From Nemertoderma westbladi (lineage: Eukaryota; Animalia; Xenacoelomorpha), in assembly GCA_032718475.1 (NCBI GenBank), contig JAUCBJ010008213.1, forward strand, positions 1 through 41,139: a stretch of 41,139 nt of DNA. Direction: 5' to 3'. Shown here piece after piece: positions 11,490 through 22,774 of the stretch. Every line of letters starts with the position of its first letter. Within the stretch, counting starts at the first letter, position 1. The notes beneath the pieces were generated by a model. The model was not told where the DNA came from, did not search any database, and saw nothing but the letters and a program-made list of their open reading frames with translations. Position numbers and translations under genes: made by a program.

Positions 11490-12824
11490 GTTTAGCTATA
11501 CAGTTGAATGCTTACTGCTATAGTTACAGTTAAAGCAAGTCTAGTAATTCAGTATGACCGTGGGCCTAGTACTGGTAATTTATTGCAGTATATTAGAATA
11601 CCGGTATGCACTTATAATATATATAAGTATTGTAAACTAGTTTTGTCACAGAGTACCGGTATATAAATTTAGCACAAATATATATAAATATATAATAGGC
11701 CTATCGTGAATACCGGTATACAGCTTACACTTATAGTATATATAAGTATAATTATGGACTAGAATTAATTACCGAATACCGGTATGATTTCAGCTCAAAT
11801 TTATAGAAATAAATATAATAAGCCTATGGTAAATACCGGTATGTCAATTATTTTAGAATAATTGAATTTCTGAATATTTTAGGGTTACTTGGTTACTTTA
11901 ACTTACTTTATTACCGTTATTTAAGCAGTAGTCCAACTGATATTGAGACCTAGTTGTTGTATGGCAGGCCTACTATTTATAAATCGTTTGAGTTGATTTA
12001 TAATATATATATACCCGTTTAAAAGGGTTTTGTCAATATTTGAAATAAATGTTATTATTTCTGGGGGAGTCACTACACAGAAGCTGTGCGCTCTCAGTGA
12101 AGTGCTACCTATGGGACACTAAAACAGATAATTCTAATTTACCTAAGTTACTTAATACTACAAATTACTTACGATACGGGTGAGATTAAATCTCTAATTA
12201 AACACAACAAAAATATTACGTACGAAATTTTAGGGTAATTTTACAGGAAGTCTACAAACCAGCCTAACAAAGGGTTAGATTTCTGGTTATTACAACGGAC
12301 AGGGTACTACGGTATTTGAAAATAATAAGTAGTAGTAAATATATTGCACTGTCCAGATAGGAAAATACCACCGCCTGACGACCTATAGCCGTATCGCTAT
12401 AGGTACTACGTTATGTATCACGGAGTGTTCCTACCTGGAAGTTAATTACCGCGGACTACCAGATCCAACGTGCCTATTAACCACTTTACAACACAAATAT
12501 ACTGCCTACACTAATTACCCTCGGAAAGCACTGTACACTAAACCCTAAATTAGGTACAAGTACTGGTACAACAAATAATCAGTAGTTAAATATACTTGAA
12601 CAGTTAAAAGAACCACGGCATCTGCTGGAGTGACCGAAGCACAAAGTCACCAGTCTTTTCCTACGCCAAGCAGCCCGTGTAGTACCGGGGTTAATTTAAC
12701 TATAACGGTATGTGTAACAAGCACAATTACTGTAGGAATAAACTTGGGGACATGAATGTTGCGAATAATTGCATAAACTCTGAATAATAAATATTACGCT
12801 ACCCGTACAGAATACTCAAACAAA

Positions 12825-13360
12825 TACAAACCAAACGCTGGCAGACTACCACCAAGCCTAAATAAACTACCGTATGTGCAGATTCCGAAATGGTTAGTTA
12901 GTATGCGTTCTAACACGGTAGTACGACTTATTCTTTAAGAGGGGATTGACCTTACAGCTATGGCTGCCCCAACTTACTAACTGGCACTTTATCAGACAAA
13001 CTCTACACACGCAGCAATCTCTTCAGACCTAATAATAGCTAGACAACAATCCAGCCTACAAAATATCTGAGTAATAACTATTACGGTACCTGAACAGACC
13101 ACACAAACAAACACAGGCCAAAACGTTGGCAGAATACTGTCAAGCCTAAATAAACTACAGTATGTGCAGATTCCAAAATGGTTAGTTAGTATGCGTTCTA
13201 ACACGGTAGTACGACTTATTCTTTAAGAGGGGATTGACCTTACAGCTATGGCTGCCCCAACTTACTAACTGGCACTCTATCGGACAAACTCTACACACGC
13301 CGTAATCTCTCCAAACCCAACAACAATCTGACAACAGTCCGGCCTACAGTTATCTGAACA
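12825..13360. repeat. Tandem duplication (~288-bp period, 2 copies) in the BEL/Pao leader
   Basis: CAAGCCTAAATAAACTAC...GGCTGCCCCAACTTACTAACTGGCAC is near-identical at 12853 and 13141. Confidence 0.9.
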
Positions 13361-13529
13361 ATCTGAGCAGACTTACACGTCTTCAGCTCAATATTAACTT
13401 ACTAGGAAATAAAACTGACAGAAATAGACCTAAGTAAAATCCCAATAAAAACCAGGCGTCCCCGATTTAATATCGAGACCTACCGGTATACAATAATCAA
13501 AATCGAATAATACTAATGTACTTATACTG

Positions 13530-13658
13530 GAAGTACCGGTTAGGACAGTTGGGCCTACGGACCTACAGAAGTACCGGTTCTGGCAGTTGGACCTACGGAC
13601 CTACAGCAGTACCGGTTCTGGCAGTTGGGCCTACTGACCTACAGAAGTACCGGTTCAG
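13530..13658. repeat. 38-bp minisatellite, ~3.4 copies
   Basis: GAAGTACCGGTTCTGGCAGTTGGACCTACGGACCTACA-like units at 13530, 13568, 13606 and 13644. Confidence 0.9.
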
Positions 13659-13721
13659 GTTTACCGGTCGACCGGTACTTTCAACTTTATTGCTTACTGC
13701 AATAAAGACAATAACTGTTAT

Positions 13722-14872
13722 TGTACGCGCTTTTGAAGACCTTTAGCAGTTTAACCTGCCAAAATTTATATGTCTTTTCGTTTATAAATAGACTTTAGAA
13801 GTTGACAAATATTTAATACCAATAAACACAACATTAGCAGAAGCATTAGCTTTCGGGAAATATTAACAGTTCCTTTAGGACGTGGCGCTCTATCTAGGTA
13901 AACAGAGATATGACTTGTACTAAACACAACGGTAAGTCGGTAAGGCTTATGATTCACGTATGAGGCGCATTCTTTAGGAAATGCTTAGTTATCAGCCACA
14001 ATCATGCACACTACCGGTAACACACAATACTGCTCACTAATTTGCCGACCGTCAATGAATTTTATCATACATAAAGCGAACAGCAACTGACTCATGTAGT
14101 GCTTATCAAATAGCATTAAATTCACTACAAACCACAATAATATAAGTCGCAATCGCTATATATAACCCGTCTCTCTAACCTGTAGTGTATCAAGAAAATT
14201 GGGAAATTTGGGTTCTTTATAAATGTTCTCCAACTAATATTCAACTAACTGATACAAAATATGACAACAGTAAAAAGCATTAAGACGGTAGGTTAAGATA
14301 TGATATGTTATGAATTGAACTGATATGGACCGATATATGAGTTGTGTTATGATTGATATGATAACAGTTATACGCTCTATAATCTTAAGCCTACTAATGT
14401 TTCTTCTAAAGTATGAAAACGATTTGACTCTAGAGCCGGTGTTCCTGGCCTAGATACAAACAACACAACAGTATCAAGAAAAAACAGTAAGACTGAACAC
14501 TCCTAGTATCATCGGCCGAATATCTCCACATCGACAGAAAAAATCGCTCTGATTGGCTTAAGCTAAACAAAGAACCATGTGTCCAATGGCCGTTTCCATG
14601 TCAGCAACCAGCTGTTAGATGTCGCAATCTGAATCATCAAGGCTAAGCTGTGTAAGGGTATTTGTCGCATTGCAGGTTTTTTGCCTTACCTTGTCCTCCA
14701 AAGCACGTATATAGAAGAATGACTTTTATGTCCGTTAAAACACCTATAACGGTACCTTGCGGGCGAGGGGGACATATATATAGTTAGAGAGCCTTTTAGA
14801 GTATTCCAGCGCCTGGGGGGAAACTGGATTGCGAAGCAAAAGGGCCAGTTATATCCCACAGAAGCTTTTACA
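13722..14872 (-). mobile_element. 5' LTR (1151 bp) of the BEL/Pao element
   Basis: Minus strand TGTAAAAGCTT...GGCAGGTTAAACTGCTAAAGGTCTTCAAAAGCGCGTACA. Both ends and internal blocks are colinear with the TSD-flanked solo LTR at 35010-36142. No TSD around this copy alone. Confidence 0.85.
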
Positions 14873-14921
14873 CATAGCTAATCATACATAAACAAATTGT
14901 TCCAGAATATTGTGTATTTAT

Positions 14922-15051
14922 TAAATAGAGTAAATGGCCTGCAGTGAACAAAAATTCTTGCAATCTTGGAGTGCCTATTTCTCAGTTGTTTCTCAACGAA
15001 ATTCAGACATTGTTACATATTTGGAATCCTTGTAACGAAAGCTTTCTATTG
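14922..15051 (+). repeat. Dispersed repeat, second copy at ~33242-33370
   Basis: AAATAGA.TAAATGGCCTGCAG...TTACATATTTG.AATCCTTG...AGCTTTCTATTG is present in both places. Confidence 0.7.
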
Positions 15052-15717
15052 ATATAAAAAAATTACGAATGGCCACGATACGGAGGGTGCGATTTCGCAA
15101 AAGACACTTTTTTAAAACGCTTATAAAAAAAAGTTAAAGGCGAAATTGAAAATTCCGGCTTCATGGTAACAACCACGGTGAGTTAAACTAGATGTTTTTC
15201 AAATTTCAAGCAATATGATAAAAGATTTGTAGAAAACTTTGGGGGGGGGGGGGGGTCCGTGTCATCAGAAAATGACACTATATTACGGGTCATGGTGTAT
15301 AAATGTAATATATATATAATATATAACAGCCATCAATTCATATTTCAAGTGATTTCGTCAGTTTCCAAGTGTGGCTCGAAAAAACTTGGTCTTCAGGTGC
15401 CTGGAGAGGTCTCATTTCCAGATGGTGTCCATTTCCGATAGAGCTACCCAAGCCTTTCCTTTCCTAACTTCAATTTTGCTATTCTCTGTCCATGACCCCT
15501 CAAGGTACTGTAAGTCACCAAATTTCCTTTGTGGGTTATTCTCAATTGTCATGAAAAATCATGAATTCGGTCATGGTATCATTGAACTGCAATCCAACCT
15601 CATTGACATCGCTTTCCACTTTATTTAGTGGAAGTTTTCCATCTGATCTATTTGAAAGCCGGCCAATGTAGTTGTTACCATGTCTAGTCTGTAAAGTCGG
15701 TGTCTGTAACTTTCCAT

Positions 15718-17000
15718 TAGGGCTTAGAAACTGACAGATTCTTCGCGAATTTCGCAAACATCGTGAAATGCGTGATTTCGCAAACATCGGGAACTTTTCT
15801 ACATTGTTGACTACAATGTACAATGCAAAAGGGTCCCAAATGAGTTTTTTAATCTTTATTTTTTTTGTGTTTTTGAGAGCTTTTTTATTTTGATGAATGT
15901 TCTAGAACCTTAGTAGGCCTAGATATTTTTTTGTGGTAGCTAGTGTTATTTTTTAACTAGCTAGTATTTCAAGAAAATAATATTGTTTTTGAGTGCTTTT
16001 TTTATATTAGTGAATGTTCTACAACCTTAGTAGATTTGATATGGTAGATAGTGATTTTTTCTAGCTAGTAATTTTTGAAAATTATTTGGTCAATAATATA
16101 TTTTTTAACAGTTAAACAGGAAATATCATGCTTTCACATTTTTTTATAATTTCAAATAATACTATCTAGCAAAAAACACTAGCTATGATAAAAAGCATAT
16201 CAACTAATGTTCTAGGGTATTAGTATGCCTGTGACCCCACTTTTTGATGAAAAAAACTAACTAGATAGTCTATTTAGATAGAGTCTAACTAAACTGAAAA
16301 AAACTAACTAGATAGAATGATCTATTGCGATGTTCCAGAATGTTATTTGACAGTTGCCATGGTTACCATTTTGGAGAAAAAAGGCGTTTTAAGAATGTTA
16401 GTTTTGAAAATTTATACACCTGTTACCTGTTACAGAATCATCTCGCTGAATTTTGGTGGCGAAATTACAACAGGGAGGCCCCATTCAGCAAACTGATAAC
16501 ACTAATAAACAATAGCGAATTATAGAAATCTGTTTAATTCAGTTCAAAAACAAAAAACTAATCAATTTACATTGTTATATTCATTAAATAACATATTCGA
16601 TGAACCTTCAATAAATCATTATTTACAACACTTGGTTACCATAGCAACACATGAAAAATGTTACAGAATGTAGAACTTGAGTGGGGCAAACATAATACCA
16701 ACATATGTAGCTAGTATATCATAAATTACTAGCTAGTTTTTTCATCAAAAAGTGGGGTCACAGGCCATACTAATACCTGTTCTAGAACATTCACCAATAC
16801 CAAAACAATTAACAAACTCTAAAAAAAAGGTCTGGTGAAAAAATGGCTGGGGGGGGGGGGCGACAGGGCGAAGTAGGGACCCTTTTGCTTAAGGAGTGTC
16901 CATTTTACATAACATAAAATTCCCTTCCGACGTTTGCAAAATTCGGTAATTTCGTGACGTTTTCGAAATTCGCGAAGAATCCGTCTGTTTCTGTGCCCCA
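15718..17000. mobile_element. Non-autonomous DNA transposon with diverged ~120-bp TIRs
   Basis: TAGGGCTTAGAAACTGACAGATTCTTCGCGAATTTCGCAAAC at 15718 versus reverse complement TGGGGCACAGAAACAGACGGATTCTTCGCGAATTTCGAAAAC at 17000. No clear TSD. Confidence 0.75.
16216..16777. mobile_element. MITE (562 bp) with ~50-bp TIRs and 8-bp TSD, possibly Merlin-like, nested in the previous element
   Basis: TIR GGTATTAGTATG(G)CCTGTGACCCCACTTTTTGATGAAAAAA at both ends; TGTTCTAG duplicated at 16208-16215 and 16778-16785. Confidence 0.85.
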
Positions 17001-17399
17001 CTCTAACTGTCGGGGAAAACGTTGGATAAATATTTTATATATAATAATATTGCATTTGAATGGAAATACACAATGCTATCTTGTGTAAAATTAGAAGAAA
17101 GTGATCAAAGATAGGCAACAGTAACAAACACATTGAGGAATAATATCATTTGTGTAATAATTGATTAGAGTTTTATGGTCTTCGAAGTTACAATATACCA
17201 AATTAATTGCACTGCACCTTTACTTTAATAGGCCCACAGTACTACATAGCAGATACACTGAAAAAAGATAAACAGGCCAAACAAGAAAGAAAAGGCTAAC
17301 AAACAGTATAACAATATAAGCAATATAACACCAAAATATATCTCTAACCAAACTGACAAAAAAAAATACAAAAAATTTCAAAAGGGAATAAAGGAAAAA

Positions 17400-18502
17400 A
17401 AATATAAAAATAACCCACAGATATTAGTTATGTATTATTATGTAGCCAGATCCAAAAAATACCTAGATAATTATATTTTGTGCATTTCTTAGTTTTGTTA
17501 CTTCGAAACTATATCGAGCTAGCTTGATTAATTTGTCCTTGTTATTTCTAGTCATAATTGGTTGGTTGGGGTATTGGTGAAGAATCTTTCTATGTATTTA
17601 TTCCTAAGATCTCTAAAATATAAGCACTCAAGTAAAAAGTGGTATTCGTCCTCCACGCACCCTTTGCTACAAAGTTGGTATAAACGTTGATCGCGGGGAA
17701 TATTGTACCATCATCGGCCAATTTCAATTAATAAATTGTGTGAGCTACACCTAAAGCGACTTAAAACCCTACGAAGAGCAATGTGTTTATCGAAGTGATC
17801 AAAGTAAATTTCAAGATCGAAAGTATATTTACTATACAAATTCCATTTCGGTGAAAGATTAATAGATCCCCACCAAGATCGAATATATTGATCTTTAATC
17901 CTAGTTTGTACCTCGTTCAAAAATATACGTTCATTGCTAAACATACTCTTCTTCCCAAACATTAGAGAAACCTAAAGAGTCTAATAGTTGTTTCGTCCAT
18001 AATGCCCAGATTGAACAATTTGTTGAGTTAATAAGGTCTGATTGTCTTAGACAGTCATACAAGACTTTAGAAGTCTGTAGGTCGGAAGTTTAAGTATTTT
18101 TAACCAGTACTTCTTAATGATAATCAATTTTCGAACACAGTGGAAGAGTACCTGTTTCCCCAAAAACCATGAAGTTGGGCGGTGAAGTCTTGACAACAAG
18201 AAAGTATTTTAAGAATTTCAGATTTACTCGTTCTACTGACTATGCCTTGTGAATCCCCATATCACGCTTCCATAAAGTAGTATAGGTTAATTATAGAGTT
18301 GTAATGATATAAAACGATATCAAATGAAATGTGTGGTAAAGAGATAAAAAAATTTAATAGGGAAAAATAAGCTTTCTCGCCTTTGGATTGTGCTACAGAA
18401 AATTTCCCACTACTTGTAAAATAATCCCTAAATAGTTGTACTGGTTTACTATTTCAACTGGAGTACCATTAAAAATCCACATTAAATTACGAGGAATTTG
18501 AC
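17400..18502 (-). mobile_element. 3' part of a degenerate APE-RT LINE (RT thumb to C-terminal Cys/His motif)
   Basis: ..IPRNLMWIFNGTPVEIVNQYNYLG.., LSRFRCSSHNLLIEIGR, CVEDEYHFLLEC. Continuous with 25682 onward once the transposon is removed. Left boundary approximate. Confidence 0.85.
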
Positions 18503-18564
18503 TATGGCATACTTTTAGTATTTTTATTCGACATTTTATTTCCCCTTGATATTCTTCTGAATTT

Positions 18565-20010
18565 AGTCGCGAGATAAATGATTAAACTCGCGAGAAAATA
18601 ATTAATCTCGCGAGATAAATGATTAAACACGCGAGAAAATAATTAATCTCGCGAGATAAATGATTAAACACGCGAGAAAATAATTAATCTCGCGAGATAA
18701 ATGATTAAACTCGCGAGAAAATAATTAATCTCGCGAGATAAATGATTAAACTCGCGAGAAAATAATTAATCTCGCGAGATAAATGATTAAACTCGCGAGA
18801 AAATAATTAATCTCGCGAGATAAATGATTAAACTCGCGAGAAAATAATTAATCTCGCGAGATAAATGATTAAACTCGCGAGAAAATAATTAATCTCGCGA
18901 GATAAATGATTAAACTCGCGAGAAAATAATTAATCTCGCGAGATAAATGATTAAACTCGCGAGATAAATGATTAATCTCGCGAGAAAATAATTAATCTCG
19001 CGAGATAAATGATTAAACTCGCGAGAAAATAATTAATCTCGCGAGATAAATGATTAAACACGCGAGAAAATAATTAATCTCGCGAGATAAATGATTCAAC
19101 TCGCGAGAAAATAATTAATCTCGCGAGATAAATGATTAAACTCGCGAGAAAATAATTAATCTCGCGAGATAATTGATTAAACTCGCGAGAAAATAATTAA
19201 TCTCGCGAGATAAATGATTAAACTCGCGAGAAAATAATTAATCTCGCGAGAAAATAATTAATCTCGCGAGATAAATGATTAAACTCGCGAGAAAATAATT
19301 AATCTCGCGAGATAAATGATTAAACTCGCGAGAAAATAATTAATCTCGCGAGATAAATGATTAAACTCGCGAGAAAATAATTAATCTCGCGAGATAAATG
19401 ATTAAACTCGCGAGAAAATAATTAATCTCGCGAGATAAATGATTAAACTCGCGAGAAAATAATTAATCTCGCGAGATAAATGATTAAACTCGCGAGAAAA
19501 TAATTAATCTCGCGAGATAAATGATTAAACTCGCGAGATAGATGATTAATCTCGCGAGAAAATAATTAATCTCGCGAGATAAATGATTAAACTCGCGAGA
19601 AAATAATTAATTTCGCGAGATAAATGATTAAACACGCGAGAAAATAATTAATCGCGCGAGATAAATGATTCAACTCGCGAGAAAATAATTAATCTCGCGA
19701 GATAAATGATTAAACTCGCGAGAAAATAATTAATCTCGCGAGATAAATGATTAAACTCGCGAGAAAATAATTAATCTCACGAGAAAATAATTAATCTCGC
19801 GAGATAAATGATTAAACTCGCGAGAAAATAATTAAACTCGCGAGAAAATAATTAATCTCGCGAGAAAATAATTAATCTCGCGAGATAAATGATTAAACTC
19901 GCGAGAAAATAATTAATCTCGCGAGATAAATGATTAAACTCGCGAGAAAATAATTAATCTCGCGAGATAAATGATTAAACTCGCGAGAAAAATACACATC
20001 TCGCGAAAAA
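18565..20010 (+). repeat. Left subterminal array: 41-bp dimer (21+20 bp), roughly 70 CTCGCGAG monomers
   Basis: [CTCGCGAGATAAATGATTAAA CTCGCGAGAAAATAATTAAT]n; count estimated as length/20.5. Confidence 0.97.
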
Positions 20011-20110
20011 AATCGCGATTGGCTGTTAATTGGGACAGTAGGAAACGGCCATCCAATAGCAGCAGAGGAAATACCCTTATAGGTGCAATAGGGATATATA
20101 TAATAGGTAT
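20011..20110 (+). promoter_or_regulatory. Putative promoter of transposon ORF2: two opposed CCAAT boxes plus TATA-like sequence
   Basis: ATTGG 20018-20022, CATCCAAT 20050-20057, TATATATAA ~20095; layout mirrored at the other end of the element. Confidence 0.45.
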
Positions 20111-20794
20111 TAAATAGGCCTTCTTTCTATATCATTCATTTCAGCATACCGTAACATTATCTCTGCCTCCTGTCTGTATTAAGGGGCGTCGTGTCGAGTT
20201 TAGGGTAGCATGTTTGTTTATACAAGCCAGAGTTGCAATATTGTATTTGTACTTTGGTACAATAGCCGCTCGGCGCGGCGGTCCCTATTCTGGACTGAAT
20301 TTTTGTTTAGCAGTAGTCAGATGCATGATTTCTACTTAATGTGATTCTTTTAAATTCAATAAAAATTAATAATTCAACAAACCATTAAATTGATGTACTA
20401 TATTAAGTGTTACAGTTTATAATTAGCGCCCATACGCCCATGTGAAGAATACCAGGATTTCACTTTTCGGACGACCTTTTATTGGAATTTTATATTAAGA
20501 TTTTTAATTTTTTTTAAATTTATCTTTAATAAATGTTTTATATGCGTTTATTTCTGTCTTATAACCTGTACATACATATACTATTTCGTTTATTGTTTTG
20601 GTTAAATTCAGCCCTTCTGTAACCTGTGTTTTTGGTCAAAACCTGGTATTCTTTACATGGGGGGTAACCGCAAAGTGAAATATAACGGCAGAAAGTCTGG
20701 TATTCTTCACATGGGCCATTATTAGTATTATGCTGTTGATACGTTGGCTGAATTGGGCCAAAATTAATTATATTATGAATGGGAGAATCTTTTA

Positions 20795-21030
20795 GGCTCG
20801 TTAAGCGGTGTGGTCTCGTTACGGCTAATGTCTCGTTACGGCTAATTTTATGAGAGATTAGCCGTAACGCGACTTTCAAAGTCGCGGTACGGCTACTCTA
20901 AAAGTCGCGTTGCGGCTAATTGTCGCGTTACGGCTAATTGTCGCGTTACAGCTAAATTTTTGAGAGATTAGCCGTAACGCGACTTTCCGTAATGCGACAT
21001 TAGCCGTACTGCCACTGCGCCCGTTAAGCC
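20795..21030. repeat. Small foldback/MITE-like module of GTTACGGCTAAT repeats in both orientations
   Basis: CGTTACGGCTAAT-like units forward at ~20817, 20835 and 20885-20955; ATTAGCCGTAACGCGAC reverse at ~20857 and 20967, with ATTAGCCGTA at ~20999. Confidence 0.7.
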
Positions 21031-21223
21031 AAGGAATAATGCCTGTTCACCACCACATGTAAGTCACCATTTCATTCTAATAATTAATTTTGGAATTCAG
21101 CCACCGTATGTAGAAAGCCTACATACTTTACAATATAAAACATTTATTAGGAAAATATTATTGACAGATTGCATTTGTAGCTTGAAAAAATATTTGACAA
21201 TTTCCCGCCGTCAATGCAGAACT

Positions 21224-22492
21224 ATGATCTGCCAGAATTGCAGTAAAACTCTTAGTGCTGAGGATAAGTTTTGTTCACATTGTGGCACCAGTTGCGATAT
21301 TGCTTCAGTTCCTAGTTCAAATAGGCGTGAGTTAATAGCTGAACTAAATCGTCAATTTGCACCATATGCATCGGTTCCAACTGGGTCAGTAAGCCGACGA
21401 CGAATAACTCCATCTCGTGCACGTCTTTCTTCTCCCCGTGGAAGGCCAGCAGCAACGACTTTCAGTAAGGCAATGGTTGTAGTACGTGGGAAGCATTATA
21501 AAGATGAATTAATTACTATCAAACATTCTAACATAGTGAAGCATTGCATGCTCGATTTCTGTAGCATAGATACAGCTGAGGAAATTAGAAACAAAATCAT
21601 ATCTGTGCTTGAAACTCACCCGAGTTGCATTACTGAGTTTACTTATGTAAAGGCCCCCAACAGGGTAGTTACTCCCATATGTGTTAGCGAGAATTTCAAG
21701 TTTAATGGTGATGCCATTTCTTGTCTGTTTCCAGCGAAAAGAGCAATTTATGTTCAACTTAAAGAAGTTGATACTCTTGAAGAGGAAGATAGTCCATTTT
21801 CTACTTTGGATTTACCGTCTTTTATGAGCCCCAATGTGACTGGTGGAAATATTCAATCGGGCAATGTCATTGAACAAAGCACCGAAAGCTCAGGTATACA
21901 TGTAGGAATGCTGCAGGCTTGGGATGGGAGAGACATTCTTGAAGCTAGCCCGGATGATGTAATTGATTCCGATGTCGAGGTTATAGAAGAAGATTCTGTT
22001 GTTAAACAATATGATGTCAAGAAAATGACAAAATTTACTACTACAGAATTAAAGGAGATTGGTAAAGTCCAGATTCTTTATGATTACGATACATTATCCC
22101 CGAACTATGTAGAACCAAGCCAGTTACAAGACATATCAATACGCCGTACATCTGCTTTACAGGATTTAATACGGAAGATTGAAAAGATAGATATAACTCA
22201 GGGGATTATGGTTCACTACTACGATGAGTCTGGATGTGACAATGGAGGTCTCAGGCGAGATATGTTTAGTACGGTTATTGGAGCCTTGCTGAACTCGTCA
22301 ATGTTCCTAACAATTGATGATTACATTGTGCCTGCATTAGTAGATGTTGTTAAGGTGTCGAATGGGAGTTTTAAAGCAGTCGGTAAAATTATTGGTAGCA
22401 TTCTTCTACACGGCGAACAGTTGCTTAGCATCCTGCATCCTATTGTGAGCAGGTATATTGTGTTCGACGCAAATCCCATCTTGGCGAATTAA
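21224..22492 (+). CDS. Transposon ORF2: N-terminal zinc ribbon, central globular domain, acidic linker, N-terminal part of a HECT E3-ligase-like domain (no C-lobe)
   Basis: First ATG at 21224: MICQNC..DKFCSHCG. ISIRRTSALQD..IMVHYYDESGCDNGGLRRDMFS..FKAVGKIIGSILLHG resembles the HECT N-lobe signature (V.F.GE.G.D.GG..RE.F). Stop at 22490-22492. Confidence 0.75.
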   Translation: MICQNCSKTLSAEDKFCSHCGTSCDIASVPSSNRRELIAELNRQFAPYASVPTGSVSRRRITPSRARLSSPRGRPAATTFSKAMVVVRGKHYKDELITIKHSNIVKHCMLDFCSIDTAEEIRNKIISVLETHPSCITEFTYVKAPNRVVTPICVSENFKFNGDAISCLFPAKRAIYVQLKEVDTLEEEDSPFSTLDLPSFMSPNVTGGNIQSGNVIEQSTESSGIHVGMLQAWDGRDILEASPDDVIDSDVEVIEEDSVVKQYDVKKMTKFTTTELKEIGKVQILYDYDTLSPNYVEPSQLQDISIRRTSALQDLIRKIEKIDITQGIMVHYYDESGCDNGGLRRDMFSTVIGALLNSSMFLTIDDYIVPALVDVVKVSNGSFKAVGKIIGSILLHGEQLLSILHPIVSRYIVFDANPILAN

Positions 22493-22675
22493 TATCCCGC
22501 CTCAATGTTTAATTCTCAATTTAGGGAAAGGAGCAGGTTACAGTGGCACGTTATTTTAACCAAAACAATAAACTAAACACAATAGAACAGGTTACAGTGT
22601 CATTTTTGAGAGTAATCAGCTGTTATTTGCGTCGAATTTCCCCTGGAGAGGGATAAATTTTTATTGCGTCCAGTT

Positions 22676-22702
22676 CCCCCCCCCCCCCCCCCCCCCCCCC
22701 CC
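22676..22702. repeat. C27 homopolymer between the convergent ORFs
   Basis: Direct read. Confidence 0.95.
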
Positions 22703-22774
22703 TATCTGAACTTTTCTTAGGTTCTCGCATTATTATAAAGAAAATGGAAAGAAAATAAGGAGAACAATTATTGT

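Larger units (their letters stand above)
6826..14872 (-). mobile_element. BEL/Pao LTR retrotransposon, 5' half only (5' LTR, ~2.2-kb leader, Gag-protease; RT/RNaseH/IN and 3' LTR missing)
   Basis: LTR at 13722-14872 and a long ORF with BEL/Pao-type Gag, triple Cys/His knuckle and protease; sequence switches to L2 at ~6825. Confidence 0.85.

Noticed and set aside
18565-20010. CRISPR-like appearance of the regular palindromic array
   Set aside because: Spacers are invariant rather than unique, there are no cas genes, the context is eukaryotic, and the array is mirrored as a transposon TIR.
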